A stretch of DNA of 64,000 bases from assembly GCA_019058245.1 (NCBI GenBank), contig JAHPZJ010000026.1:1671-65670 (forward strand). Reading direction: 5' to 3'. The notes under the pieces are model-generated. The model searched no databases and was not told the DNA's origin. It was given only the letters and a program-made list of their open reading frames with translations. Positions within the stretch are counted from its first letter, which is position 1; each line of letters starts with the position of its first letter. This DNA is from Promethearchaeota archaeon (GTDB lineage: Archaea; Asgardarchaeota; Lokiarchaeia; Sigyniarchaeales; SOKP01). Both the position numbers and the translations under genes were made by a program. Positions 1-10,856 of this stretch are shown in pieces.

Positions 1-906
1 CCAAGTGCATATGATAATAGGCCCCTCACATTTGAGGAATGGGAGAGTAAAATAAAGCATATAATTTTTATGAGTGCAACTCCTGGAGAATATGAATTGG
101 AAAAAAGCGAAGGAGTGTATGCCGAACAAATAATTCGACCAACTGGTCTTGTGGATCCGATGGTAGAAATTAGACCGGCTGAAAATCAAATTGACGATTT
201 ATTAGGAGAAATTCGAAAAGTAATACAAAAAAATGGTAGGATTTTAATAACAACTCTCACGAAACGAATGGCAGAAGATATTGCTGAATATTACAATGAA
301 TTAGGTTTGAAAATAACCTATTTACACTCGGAAGTAGATACTGTTGAGAGATTTGAAATCTTACGTCAATTAAGAGATGGGACTTTTGATGTTTTAGTAG
401 GTATCAATCTTTTAAGAGAAGGTTTAGATCTCCCTGAAGTCCAATTAGTCGCTATTTTAGACGCTGATAAATTAGGATTTTTACGTGATACACGTTCTTT
501 AATACAGACTATTGGAAGGGCGTCTAGAAATGTTGAAGGGAAAGCTATATTATATGGGGATAGAATTTCACCTGCAATGAAAGCAGCTATCGATGAAACA
601 GATAGAAGAAGAAATAAACAGGTAAAGTATAATGAAGAACATAATATTACACCTCAAACAATTAAAAAGAATATTTTAAAATCTCTCTCCGAAGAACAAG
701 AATTTAACGAAAGGGAAGTTAAAAGGTTAAAGCAAAATGTAAAAGATAAAATAAAAGAATTAGAAAAACAAGGAGATATTGAAGTTGCTATTCAATATCT
801 TGAGGATAAAATGTTCATGGCAGCAAAAGAACTAAGATTTGAGGATGCTGCTTATCTACGAGATAAAATAAAAGAATTTAAGCAAACATATAAATTACAA
901 GCGTGA
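1..906 (+). CDS. uvrB: Excinuclease ABC subunit B, 3' part (gene starts before the window)
   Basis: Frame is open from base 1 ([14 protein letters not shown]...MSATPG); motifs [14 protein letters not shown] and [12 protein letters not shown]; C-terminal UVR domain ([15 protein letters not shown]). Confidence 0.97.
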   Translation, partial: PSAYDNRPLTFEEWESKIKHIIFMSATPGEYELEKSEGVYAEQIIRPTGLVDPMVEIRPAENQIDDLLGEIRKVIQKNGRILITTLTKRMAEDIAEYYNELGLKITYLHSEVDTVERFEILRQLRDGTFDVLVGINLLREGLDLPEVQLVAILDADKLGFLRDTRSLIQTIGRASRNVEGKAILYGDRISPAMKAAIDETDRRRNKQVKYNEEHNITPQTIKKNILKSLSEEQEFNEREVKRLKQNVKDKIKELEKQGDIEVAIQYLEDKMFMAAKELRFEDAAYLRDKIKEFKQTYKLQA

Positions 907-1202
907 ATAAATTCTTAAATTCTATACCTAAAACTTTGCTAAAAAAATGAAAAAAATAAAAACTAAGATATTCAATACAAAAAAGAACTTATTCTTCATT
1001 AAATAAATGCGATAATCGAGTGTTAATTAACTCAAAAAATTTATATTGGAACTAGAAATTATTCTTCCTATAAGGTTATTTTAATTAACCATAAAAATAA
1101 CTTAAATAATAACTAAAAATACATTTTGGAAATTAACTTTCATTATTAGTTAGTTCAGTAATGAATTATTTCTGAATAAAATGGTAAGAAGGTTGCAAAG
1201 CA

Positions 1203-1430
1203 ATGCCAGATAAATATAATGTTGATATGACATTAAGCGAACTTTTAGAAGATGAAGTTTCGGGGAATTATCTTAGAGAAAAATTAGGAGAACTTCTTAA
1301 TAGTCCTCAAGCGCAGATGGCGATGGGATTTTCATTGCGCCAAATTCAACAATTTGCGGAATCAATGGCTCCTGGTCAATTTCCAGCAGAAAAACTTGAT
1401 GAATTAGATGCTGGATTAAGAGCTCTATAG
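1203..1430 (+). CDS. Small helical hypothetical protein
   Basis: Clean 75 aa ORF. TLSELL...PQAQMAMGFSLRQIQQF...KLDELDAGL resembles a small domain I recall from C-termini of some bacterial glycosidases (unverified). Confidence 0.6.
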   Translation: MPDKYNVDMTLSELLEDEVSGNYLREKLGELLNSPQAQMAMGFSLRQIQQFAESMAPGQFPAEKLDELDAGLRAL

Positions 1431-1660
1431 AAAAATAGTAATTGTAGAAAAAGGATTTAGTGAATTTTAACTTATAAATTATTTATTTTTTTTACTTATT
1501 GTAGTACTCATTGCTCCCTTTTTAATGGTTTAATATTTTGTAGATTTGTAATATAAATAGAGAATTATCTTTAATACAATGGATCTAAAAAAGAACTCAG
1601 TTAAAAATGAGGTTTTTAGGAATCAGTTAGTTTTAATAACATATTATAGAAACAAAATGA

Positions 1661-1896
1661 TAATAATTCATTAATTAAATACCTTGCTTCTGAATATTAT
1701 TTTTTTATTGCAAATATCATCAAAAGGTTTTATATTATCTTAGTAAAATTTTTTTGACTTTCTGAATCAAAAAGATATAGTAGAATATGAATGAATTCAT
1801 TGTCATTAAGGGTGCTAAAGAGAATAATTTAAAAGATATTGATGTAAAAATACCACGTAATAAGCTTATAGTTGTAACTGGCATTAATTGGAGCGG
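1661..1896 (+). repeat. Diverged direct repeat, copy 1 (uvrA upstream region plus first 37 codons)
   Basis: Aligns to ~4447-4681; identical 27-mer gatgtaaaaataccacgtaataagctt at 1841-1867 and 4626-4652. Confidence 0.92.
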
Positions 1897-1909
1897 TTAT
1901 TATAAATAG
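1787..1909 (+). pseudogene. uvrA: Truncated uvrA 5' fragment (40 aa)
   Basis: Manual translation [40 protein letters not shown]; 32 of the first 37 aa identical to UvrA at 4572; breaks within Walker A. Confidence 0.92.
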
Positions 1910-1952
1910 ATTAACAGTGTAATTTAAATAATAAAAAAACTATAATTGAATT

Positions 1953-4382
1953 ATGGTAGTTCAAGATATCAAAATGTCTCCTCTTCAAGGGATTCCATCA
2001 GAGAGGGTTAGAAAAATTAGAGATAATATGTTGTCCCAACCCTTCGAATATGATCTTGAACGAGCCCGATGTTATTCCAGGATTTGGAAACAGATGGAAG
2101 ATGCTCATCCCTACATGAAAAAAGCCAAAGCACTTGAAGAGTTCTTATGCTGTCTTCCTATAAGAATTGATAGTGATGAGCTTCTTGTAGGAGTAAAATC
2201 CAGCAAAATAAGAGCTGATCCTTTTGAAATAGAACTTGGAAGGCATGTTCGAAGTTATGATTTTCTCTTAGATGATTCAATAGATGAAGCAGCTAAAAAT
2301 TATTTCCGTAAACATAATCCTATCCTTAGACGTTATGTTCCTCTTACAGAACAAGAGCTTGACGAATTGAAAAATGATATTATCCCCGTCTGGAAAGGAA
2401 GGACATTAGCTGATCGAAAAGAAGAACTCTGGAAGGAAGCAGGCTTATTTAAGGAGAAAAAGAGTTCTATGGAACGAGCTATAAGTTGGATTAATCCATT
2501 TTATGCCAATATGCAAGGTCATACAATTCCAGGTTATAAACGAGTTCTTAGAATAGGATTTAAAGGAATAGAAAAGAAAGCTACTGAAGAACTTAAAAAA
2601 ATTAAAGAAACTGATAAGGATTACGAAAATCGCAAGACTTTTTATGAATCAATTCTGGTTACTTCTAAAGCTGTTTGTGATTACTCCAATCGATATGCAG
2701 ATCTCGCAATGGAATTGGCTGAAACCGCATCAGAAACAAGAAAGGCAGAACTTTTAGAAATTGCTGAACGTACAAGACAAGTACCTGCCCTCCCACCAAG
2801 AACATTCATGGAAGCACTTCAATCAATATGGATGACGAATGTTGTTATGGAAATGAGCTATGGTGATGGCAATATTTTTTCTCAAGGTCGAGTAGACCAA
2901 TATCTTTATCCTTATTATGTAGTTGATTTAGCTGAAGGACGCATTACTTACGAAGAGGCTTTAGAGTCAATTGAGGAATATTTAGTGAAACTTGCTTCAG
3001 TCGTTATAGCAGGACAGAACAATATTACGATTGGGGGATTAGATAAGGATGGAAATGACGCCACAAATGATATATCATATATGTTTCTTGAAGCTGTTGC
3101 AAATGTAAAAAGTTTATTGAATACAATATCGATACGGATTTCTTCCAACACACCCCGCGATTTTGTGAAAAGAACTATTGAAGCTTTTAGATATACCGGC
3201 GGAATGGGCATTCATAATGATGAAATCTTAGTACCACAGCTTCAAGAAGATGGTTATTCACTAGAACATGCCCGAGATTACTCACTCGTAGGGTGTGTAG
3301 AACCTCATGGTACAGGTTTTGATTTTTCATACACTGCAGGTAATGGTGTTCGATTGTCAGTCGTTTTACATATGGCTTTAAATGAAGGACGAATTCTTAT
3401 AGCAGGTAACCGTCAATTTGGAGCAAAAACGCCTGATCCAAAAACTTTTAAAACTTTCGAAGATGTGAAAAAAGCTTTTGTAGATCAGCTTTCCTTTGGA
3501 GTAGATTTAGTTGTGAAAAAGGCAGAGTTAAAAGATCAAGCCTTTGCAGAATTTTTTCCTTCCCCTTTGCTTTCATCTACAATAGAGGGATGTTTAGAGA
3601 GTGGAAAAGATGTAACTCGAAATGGAGCGCGCTATAATAACAATCCTATTGGTTGTCAAGCATTAGGAACCGTAACCAATTCATTAGCAGCAATTCGCTG
3701 GGCAGTATTCGAAGAAAAATTATTAACAATGGAAGAATTAGTTACGCATCTTAATAATAATTTCAAGGGAGCAGATAAACTTAAAGAACTTTTAAGAAAT
3801 AAGGCTCCAAAATACGGTAATGGTGATGAACGGACAGACGAACTTGCAATATGGGTTGCGAATACTTTATGTGATATTGTGAGAAAATATCCTGCTAGAG
3901 GTGGTGCTGGTATTTATCGCACATATTTTGTATCTTCAGGACTTAATATTCTTGAGGGTAAAATGTTAGGAGCGACTCCCGATGGAAGATTATCTGGTGA
4001 AGCTGTTTCTAATGGCATATCTCCTGCAAATGGAACAGAGAAAAATGGGCTTACTATGACGCTCCGATCAGTAGCTCTAGCAACAAAAGATGCTCTTCTA
4101 ACCGGTGGAGCATCAATGAACATAAGAATCAATCCTAGTTTATTAGAAACAGATGAGGGCTTAGATAAATTAACTTCTATTGTAGAAGCTTATTTAGAAT
4201 TAGGAGGAAGGGAACTTCAGATTAATCCTGTAAGTTCAGAAACATTAAGAGACGCACAAGCTCATCCCGAAAAATATTCTGACTTATCAGTTAAGGTAAC
4301 AGGTTATTCTGCACGTTTTATAGAAATTGGTAGGAGTCTTCAAAATGACATCATAACCCGTACGGTATTTAACGAATTATAA
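1953..4382 (+). CDS. Glycyl radical enzyme (PFL2/dehydratase-like family), substrate unknown
   Basis: Cys loop SLVGCVEP; GRVDQYLYPYY; APKYGN; GATPDGR; C-terminal Gly loop VKVTGYSARF. Confidence 0.93.
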   Translation: MVVQDIKMSPLQGIPSERVRKIRDNMLSQPFEYDLERARCYSRIWKQMEDAHPYMKKAKALEEFLCCLPIRIDSDELLVGVKSSKIRADPFEIELGRHVRSYDFLLDDSIDEAAKNYFRKHNPILRRYVPLTEQELDELKNDIIPVWKGRTLADRKEELWKEAGLFKEKKSSMERAISWINPFYANMQGHTIPGYKRVLRIGFKGIEKKATEELKKIKETDKDYENRKTFYESILVTSKAVCDYSNRYADLAMELAETASETRKAELLEIAERTRQVPALPPRTFMEALQSIWMTNVVMEMSYGDGNIFSQGRVDQYLYPYYVVDLAEGRITYEEALESIEEYLVKLASVVIAGQNNITIGGLDKDGNDATNDISYMFLEAVANVKSLLNTISIRISSNTPRDFVKRTIEAFRYTGGMGIHNDEILVPQLQEDGYSLEHARDYSLVGCVEPHGTGFDFSYTAGNGVRLSVVLHMALNEGRILIAGNRQFGAKTPDPKTFKTFEDVKKAFVDQLSFGVDLVVKKAELKDQAFAEFFPSPLLSSTIEGCLESGKDVTRNGARYNNNPIGCQALGTVTNSLAAIRWAVFEEKLLTMEELVTHLNNNFKGADKLKELLRNKAPKYGNGDERTDELAIWVANTLCDIVRKYPARGGAGIYRTYFVSSGLNILEGKMLGATPDGRLSGEAVSNGISPANGTEKNGLTMTLRSVALATKDALLTGGASMNIRINPSLLETDEGLDKLTSIVEAYLELGGRELQINPVSSETLRDAQAHPEKYSDLSVKVTGYSARFIEIGRSLQNDIITRTVFNEL

Positions 4383-4446
4383 AATTACTATTTATTATTT
4401 TTATTTTTTTATACAGACAATTTTTTCGCAGTTTTAGGATTAAGAT

Positions 4447-4681
4447 TAAAAATTCATAAATTACTTACTCCGATTCTGTATTTTTTTTTTAATTGTTTAT
4501 ATCAGTATAAGGTTTTATAATATCGTAGAAAAATTTTTTTGATTTCCGGAATTAAAAAGAAATAGCAGAATATGAATGATTTTATTGTCATTAAAGGTGC
4601 CAGAGAGAACAATTTAAAAGATATAGATGTAAAAATACCACGTAATAAGCTTGTGGTGGTAACTGGCATTAGTGGGAGCGG
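4447..4681 (+). repeat. Diverged direct repeat, copy 2 (upstream region and 5' end of intact uvrA)
   Basis: Matches 1661-1896 at an offset of about 2785. Confidence 0.92.
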
Positions 4682-7439
4682 AAAAAGTTCCCTCGCAATG
4701 AATACATTATATGCAGAAGGACAAAGAAGATTCTTAGAGTCATTATCAAGTTACGCTAGGCAATTCTTAGGAGAGATGGATAAACCCGATGTAGATTCAA
4801 TAGAAGGATTATCTCCAGCAATTGCAATTGAGCAAAAATCACTCTCGAAAAATCCACGAAGTACAGTTGGGACAGTTACTGAAATCTATGATTATTATAG
4901 ATTACTATATGCTAATATTGGTATCCCTCATTGTCCGAATTGTGGAAAAGAAATAAAACCCCAAACACCACAGCAAATTATTCAACAAATCTTAGGAACG
5001 ATAGAAGAAAATCAAAAATTTATTGTTAAATCTCCAGTTATTAGAGATAGAAAAGGAGAATACAAAGATCTTTTACAAGATTTAAAAAAGCAAGGATATG
5101 TTAGAGTAGAAATTGATGGGATACAATATACATTGGATGAAGATATCTCTATGGAAAAGAATGTTAAGCACAATATAAATGTTATTATTGACAGATTAGT
5201 AATGCGAAAAGATATCAGAACAAGACTAGCTGATTCTATTGAAACAGCATTAGAACTATCAGAAGGCTTAGTAATTGTTGAAATTGTGGGAAAAATGGAA
5301 CAAATTTATTCTGAACATCTTGCTTGTATTGATTGTGGAATTTCATTTCCTCCAATAGACCATAAAATGTTTTCTTTTAATATCCCTCACGGAAGTTGTA
5401 AATATTGTAGTGGTTTAGGTAATGTTATGGAATTTGACTATGGTTTATTATTAGGAAATGACTTAGATGTTCCACTACAAGAGACTCCGATTAGAGATAT
5501 TCCTGGTTTTGGATCTGAAAATGGATATTCTTGGCAAACTATAGTACAAGTTGCGAAACACTATGGATTCGATACTAAGCATACTCCAATTAAAGATATT
5601 GATTCAAAAAAACTCCATAAAGTTTTGTTTGGAACAGAAAATGAATCAATTGATTTTCATTTTGTAAGTGATAATACTGAATTTAAAAATAATAATGGAG
5701 AATTTAAATCTTCCTGGCAAGTTGTAAGACCATTTGAGGGAATAATTCCAATTCTTCACAGAAGATATATGGAAACCCGTTCAGAATGGGCTCGTGATGT
5801 CTATGAAAGTTTTATGAAGAGGATAGATTGTCCTCAATGCAAAGGTAAAAGGTTAAAACCTGAGAGTTTGGCTATAACGATCAAGAATCTTAATATTGCT
5901 GATTTATCTAACCTAGCTGTAAAGGAATCCTTAAAATTCTTCAATGAATTACAATTAAATGAAACTGAAAGGATAATAGTTAAAGAAGTATTAAAAGAAA
6001 TATTAGATAGACTATCTTTTCTTGAAAATGTGGGGTTAGACTACATAACTCTAAACCGTCGTTCAGATACACTATCTGTAGGGGAAGCTGAAAGGATAAG
6101 ATTGGCGACTCAATTAGGTTCTAGCTTAGTAGGGGTTCTATATGTATTAGATGAACCAAGTATAGGATTACATCAAAGAGATATCTCACGTCTCATTAAA
6201 ATGCTAAAAAAATTAAGAGATTTAGGAAATACAGTTATAGTGGTGGAACATGATGAGGCAATAATACGTAGTGCAGATCACATAATTGATTTAGGGCCAT
6301 TAGCGGGTGAAAGAGGGGGCGAAATAGTAGCTGAAGGCCCTATAGAAACCATAGTTAATTCAGATAGTTTAACGGGAGAATATTTGTCAGGGAAAAAGAG
6401 AATTGAAATTCCAGAGGTTAGACGTGAAATTAATCAAGACATTATTGAAATAAAAGGAGCCAAAGAAAATAATTTAAAAGGTATTAATGTAAAAATTCCT
6501 TTAGGAATATTTACTTGTATTACTGGAGTTTCTGGAGCGGGAAAAACAAGTCTTATTATTGATTGTCTATATAAAGGGCTTCATAATATAATAAACACTC
6601 GAAGTTCTAAACTAAATCAAGGAAAATTTGATAAAATAATAGGATATGAAAAAATAGATAAAATTATAAATATTGACCAATCTCCCATAGGAAGAACTCC
6701 AAGATCAGTACCTGCTACTTATACAAAAGCATTAGATTATATTAGAGAAATTTTTGCTGGTTTGCCAGAATCTAGAGAAAGAGGTTATAAGAAGGGAAGA
6801 TTTAGTTTCAATACAAAGGATGGACATTGTAAAAAGTGTAAGGGTACAGGCTATATTTTGAAAGAAATGTATTTCCTACCTGATGTGTATATCAAATGTG
6901 ATTTATGTAAAGGTAAAAGATATAATGCTGAAACATTAGACATAAAATATCGCGGAAAATCAATCTTTGATGTATTAAAGATGACTTTTCATCAAGCTTT
7001 AGAATTCTTTGAAAGTTTTCCGAATTTAAGGAGAACGATTAAAACTGTAGTAGACGTTGGATTAGGTTACTTAGAATTAGGTCAATCTTCGACAACACTT
7101 AGTGGTGGTGAATCACAAAGATTAAAAATTGCGAGAGAATTGAGAAAAATGAGTACTGGAAACACATTGTATATTTTAGATGAGCCAACAACTGGTCTCA
7201 GTTCTTTTGATATTAATTATTTATTAAAAGTACTTCAAAAGTTAGTTGATATAGGAAATACTGTAATCATTATTGAACATAATATGGATATTGTAAAGTC
7301 TGTTGATTATATTATTGATCTTGGTCCAGAAGGTGGTGAAAAAGGAGGCAATATTGTAGCTCAAGGCTATCCTGAGAATATAATTAAGAATAATAAGTCG
7401 TATACTGCTCAATATTTAAAACCATATCTGAAATCTTAA
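4572..7439 (+). CDS. uvrA: Excinuclease ABC subunit A
   Basis: Two ABC ATPase modules (GISGSGKSS, GVSGAGKTS, LSGGESQR, LDEP), CxxC zinc fingers, YAEGQRR. Confidence 0.98.
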   Translation: MNDFIVIKGARENNLKDIDVKIPRNKLVVVTGISGSGKSSLAMNTLYAEGQRRFLESLSSYARQFLGEMDKPDVDSIEGLSPAIAIEQKSLSKNPRSTVGTVTEIYDYYRLLYANIGIPHCPNCGKEIKPQTPQQIIQQILGTIEENQKFIVKSPVIRDRKGEYKDLLQDLKKQGYVRVEIDGIQYTLDEDISMEKNVKHNINVIIDRLVMRKDIRTRLADSIETALELSEGLVIVEIVGKMEQIYSEHLACIDCGISFPPIDHKMFSFNIPHGSCKYCSGLGNVMEFDYGLLLGNDLDVPLQETPIRDIPGFGSENGYSWQTIVQVAKHYGFDTKHTPIKDIDSKKLHKVLFGTENESIDFHFVSDNTEFKNNNGEFKSSWQVVRPFEGIIPILHRRYMETRSEWARDVYESFMKRIDCPQCKGKRLKPESLAITIKNLNIADLSNLAVKESLKFFNELQLNETERIIVKEVLKEILDRLSFLENVGLDYITLNRRSDTLSVGEAERIRLATQLGSSLVGVLYVLDEPSIGLHQRDISRLIKMLKKLRDLGNTVIVVEHDEAIIRSADHIIDLGPLAGERGGEIVAEGPIETIVNSDSLTGEYLSGKKRIEIPEVRREINQDIIEIKGAKENNLKGINVKIPLGIFTCITGVSGAGKTSLIIDCLYKGLHNIINTRSSKLNQGKFDKIIGYEKIDKIINIDQSPIGRTPRSVPATYTKALDYIREIFAGLPESRERGYKKGRFSFNTKDGHCKKCKGTGYILKEMYFLPDVYIKCDLCKGKRYNAETLDIKYRGKSIFDVLKMTFHQALEFFESFPNLRRTIKTVVDVGLGYLELGQSSTTLSGGESQRLKIARELRKMSTGNTLYILDEPTTGLSSFDINYLLKVLQKLVDIGNTVIIIEHNMDIVKSVDYIIDLGPEGGEKGGNIVAQGYPENIIKNNKSYTAQYLKPYLKS

Positions 7440-7568
7440 TGACTTAAGATTTTTCCTTAAAAATCTTTTTAAGGCTTAAAGCAAAATTCTAAACCTATGG
7501 TAAATTAATTTATACTGTAAGTATTGTTAAATTATTATAAATATATTGTTTGAGATTCGTGGCAGAAA

Positions 7569-9374
7569 ATGACAGAAGCTAATAATAAGATAATTAGAGC
7601 TCCGATTGTTTGTATTCTTGGTCATATTGATCATGGAAAAACTACTATACTAGATTATATCAGAGGTACTATGGTTCAACAAAGAGAAGCAGCAGGAATT
7701 ACACAACATATTGGCGCTTCATATTTTCCAACAGAAGATATAAAAGAATTTTTAAGAAAATCAAAACAAGAATTTGCTGAAAAAGAAATTAATCTTCCAG
7801 GAATATTAGTTGTAGATACACCAGGGCATGCCGCCTTTCTAAATCTACGAAGAAGAGGAGGTGCTGTTGCAGATATTGCAATTTTAGTTATAGATGTTAC
7901 TGCTGGAACAATGCCAATAACATGGGAATCAGTACGGATTTTAAGAGAGAGAAAAACACCTTTTGTTATTGCTGCTAATAAAATAGATAGAATATCTGGA
8001 TGGAAGTCAAAAAAGGATGCTGATTTTCTCGATACCTATAACTCTCAAAAACCACATGTAAAAGACTTTTTGGATGAGAAAATTTTAGGTATTATAGGTA
8101 ATTTCTTAGAGGAGGGATTTAAGGGAATAGATCGCTATGATAAAATAAAAGATTTTACTAAGAAAATAGCGATTGTACCTACAAGTGGAAAAACTGGAGA
8201 AGGTATTTCGACGCTTTTAATGATTTTAATGGGGTTAGTACAACAATATCTAACTGCAAATCTCCAATTTTCTGAAGGATCAGCTAAAGGAGTTGTATTA
8301 GAAGTTAAAAAAGAGAAAGGTCAAGGAAAAACAATGGATGTTCTTATTTATGATGGTATTATTAATAAAGGAGATGAATTTATTGTTGGGGGATTAGAAA
8401 AACCCATTAAATCTAAAGTAAGAGCTTTATTAACTCCAAAACCTTTAGATGAAATTCGAGATCCAAGACAAAAATTTGATTCTGTTGACTTTATTAGTGC
8501 AGCAGCTGGTATTAAAATCCTTTCCCCAAATATCGATGATGTTGTAGCAGGCTCTCCATTTAGAGGTATAAAAGATTCTTCCGAAGAGGAAACTATATAT
8601 AAAGAAATAGAGTCTGAAGTGGAAAGTATTAGGATAAAAACTGATAAAGCAGGAGTGGTTTTAAAAGCTGATACTTTGGGTTCACTTGAAGCATTGGAAA
8701 ATCATTTTACAAAAAATGGAGTGAAGATAAGCATTGCTGATGTAGGACCAATTAAAAAAGAAGACATCATTAATGCAAATATAGTCAAAGAATTAGATCC
8801 ATATTCTGCAACAGTTTTGGGATTTAATGTTCCAATATTACCTGAAGCTAATGAACAAGCCATTAAAGATAATATACGGATCTTCACGAATAATGTTATA
8901 TATCGCCTATTAGAAGAATATATAGAATATGCAGAAATAAGAAAAGCTGAAGACACTGCAAAAGGTTTAAGTGAACTCATCTTGCCTGCTAAAATTAAAA
9001 TGCTTCCTGAATTTATATTTAGAAATTCAGATCCCGCTGTTTTTGGTGTTTATGTAGAAGCTGGGACTTTATACCCAAAAGTCCAGTTAATTACTGATAA
9101 AGGTAAAAGAGCTAGGAGAATTCATCAAATTCAAGATAAAGGACAAACACTCGAAAAAGCTCCGAAGGATTCAGAGGTTGCGATTTCTATTCGAGGTATT
9201 GAAATTGGGCGAGATCTTGAAAAGGATGAAACATTATTTGTTAACATCCCAGAATCTCATGTTAGACAATTAATGGGAAAATTTATTGATGAATTAACCA
9301 CAGATCAAAAACAAGCTTTAAGAGAATTCATCCTTTTAATGCGTAAGGTCAATCATCCATGGTGGGGGATGTAA
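7569..9374 (+). CDS. infB: Translation initiation factor aIF5B (IF-2)
   Basis: IRAPIVCILGHIDHGKTT, GITQHIGA, DTPGH, NKID, KADTLGSLEAL. Confidence 0.97.
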   Translation: MTEANNKIIRAPIVCILGHIDHGKTTILDYIRGTMVQQREAAGITQHIGASYFPTEDIKEFLRKSKQEFAEKEINLPGILVVDTPGHAAFLNLRRRGGAVADIAILVIDVTAGTMPITWESVRILRERKTPFVIAANKIDRISGWKSKKDADFLDTYNSQKPHVKDFLDEKILGIIGNFLEEGFKGIDRYDKIKDFTKKIAIVPTSGKTGEGISTLLMILMGLVQQYLTANLQFSEGSAKGVVLEVKKEKGQGKTMDVLIYDGIINKGDEFIVGGLEKPIKSKVRALLTPKPLDEIRDPRQKFDSVDFISAAAGIKILSPNIDDVVAGSPFRGIKDSSEEETIYKEIESEVESIRIKTDKAGVVLKADTLGSLEALENHFTKNGVKISIADVGPIKKEDIINANIVKELDPYSATVLGFNVPILPEANEQAIKDNIRIFTNNVIYRLLEEYIEYAEIRKAEDTAKGLSELILPAKIKMLPEFIFRNSDPAVFGVYVEAGTLYPKVQLITDKGKRARRIHQIQDKGQTLEKAPKDSEVAISIRGIEIGRDLEKDETLFVNIPESHVRQLMGKFIDELTTDQKQALREFILLMRKVNHPWWGM

Positions 9375-9382
9375 TTAACTAA

Positions 9383-10840
9383 ATGTCCTCAATTAATGAC
9401 ATATTTGATGAAATTCTCAATGAAATAACCCCTACCCAAAAAGAAATTGCTAAAATAGAAAATGTTATAGGAAAATTACGTAAATTATTGGATAAGGAAG
9501 CAAAAGAATTACAAATATATTATACAAAAATAGAACCTCAAGGCTCAACCGGTATCAAGCAAACTCAATTAAAAAATGATTTTGATATTGATCTTTTTAT
9601 AGGTTTAGATTATACTCAATTTAAACCTAAATATCAAGGTTTAAGTAAAAGTAAACTAAAAAAGTATTCTAAAAAAGATTTTTTAGCATTATGTAATAAT
9701 TGGATACTACCAAGTTTAACTTTAAATGAATTTAATAATCCTCGCTTATTATATGCAGAGCATCCATATGTTACAGTAGATTACACCCTAAAAGATATAA
9801 AAATAAAGATTGATATCGTTTTGTATTTTGACTTAGATTTAGAATATATTAAGAATAATGGACCTATTACAGCAGTTGATAGATCTCCTTGGCATGGTTG
9901 TTTTATAAGAGATGAATTAACTTCTGAACAAAAAAATGATGTTAGACTTTTAAAGCAATTCTTTAAATCTTGCTATAGTTATGGTGATAAAAGTGCTATA
10001 GGAAAAGTAGGATTTATTGGTTATAGTGCGGAGTTATTAATCTATTATTTTAATAATCTTATTAATCTATTCAAGAATTTCCATAAGTTAGATAAAATCG
10101 CACTTGATTTCTATAAGAGAAATGAAGAAGAATTAAATAAAATTATCCATTTTCAAAAAGATTATCTAATTATCATCGATCCAATTGACAAAAATCGAAA
10201 TGTTGCTTCTGCAATCTCTGAAAGAGCATATAAATATTGTAATAAAAGAGTAAGTGAATTCCTGAGAAATCCAAGTCCAAAATTCTTTAGAATTAGACCA
10301 ATCCCAGAAGTAGATTTATCAAAAAAAGATGATTCTCTCTTATCAAAAATATTTATTATAGAATTTCAAAATACTACTTTTGAAATCCATTATACCATTA
10401 ATAGAGATAAGTTATATTCTCTGGGAGAAAAAATTAAAGCTAATGGAGAAAAAGAATTTTCTCATGTTGAACGTTTTGGAAAAATCATATTTGAAGTCTA
10501 TTTCGAAGAAGAGAAGAATGAGTATAACTTAGCTATTTTTTGTAATAACCCTAAAATTTCTGAATCCTATATTCGAAAAGGACCCCCAATTACAGAAGAA
10601 AGGCATGTTAATAATTTTAAAAGAAAGAATCCGAATTATTTTGAAAAGGATGGTTATTTATGGGTAAAAACTATAAGAGATTTCAATGAATTCTTAGTTT
10701 TTTTAAAAGATTCTGTTAAAAATAAAATTCCTGAGAATTTTAGAACTGTAAATCTGTCACCCGCATATTATGCTATAAAATCTTCTGGAAAAAAAGCAAT
10801 ATATCTCTTGAAAAATATAATTCTTCCTTTATATTTATGA
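9383..10840 (+). CDS. cca: Archaeal class I CCA-adding enzyme
   Basis: GS...DFDIDLF nucleotidyltransferase motif, YAEHPYV, TAVDRSPWH, GFIGYSAELL, DPIDKNRNVASA. Confidence 0.92.
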   Translation: MSSINDIFDEILNEITPTQKEIAKIENVIGKLRKLLDKEAKELQIYYTKIEPQGSTGIKQTQLKNDFDIDLFIGLDYTQFKPKYQGLSKSKLKKYSKKDFLALCNNWILPSLTLNEFNNPRLLYAEHPYVTVDYTLKDIKIKIDIVLYFDLDLEYIKNNGPITAVDRSPWHGCFIRDELTSEQKNDVRLLKQFFKSCYSYGDKSAIGKVGFIGYSAELLIYYFNNLINLFKNFHKLDKIALDFYKRNEEELNKIIHFQKDYLIIIDPIDKNRNVASAISERAYKYCNKRVSEFLRNPSPKFFRIRPIPEVDLSKKDDSLLSKIFIIEFQNTTFEIHYTINRDKLYSLGEKIKANGEKEFSHVERFGKIIFEVYFEEEKNEYNLAIFCNNPKISESYIRKGPPITEERHVNNFKRKNPNYFEKDGYLWVKTIRDFNEFLVFLKDSVKNKIPENFRTVNLSPAYYAIKSSGKKAIYLLKNIILPLYL

Positions 10841-10856
10841 TTTTATAAAAATAAAT

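Noticed and set aside
1953-4382. Annotation as pyruvate formate-lyase (pflB)
   Set aside because: Lacks the adjacent Cys-Cys active site; has GCVEP instead
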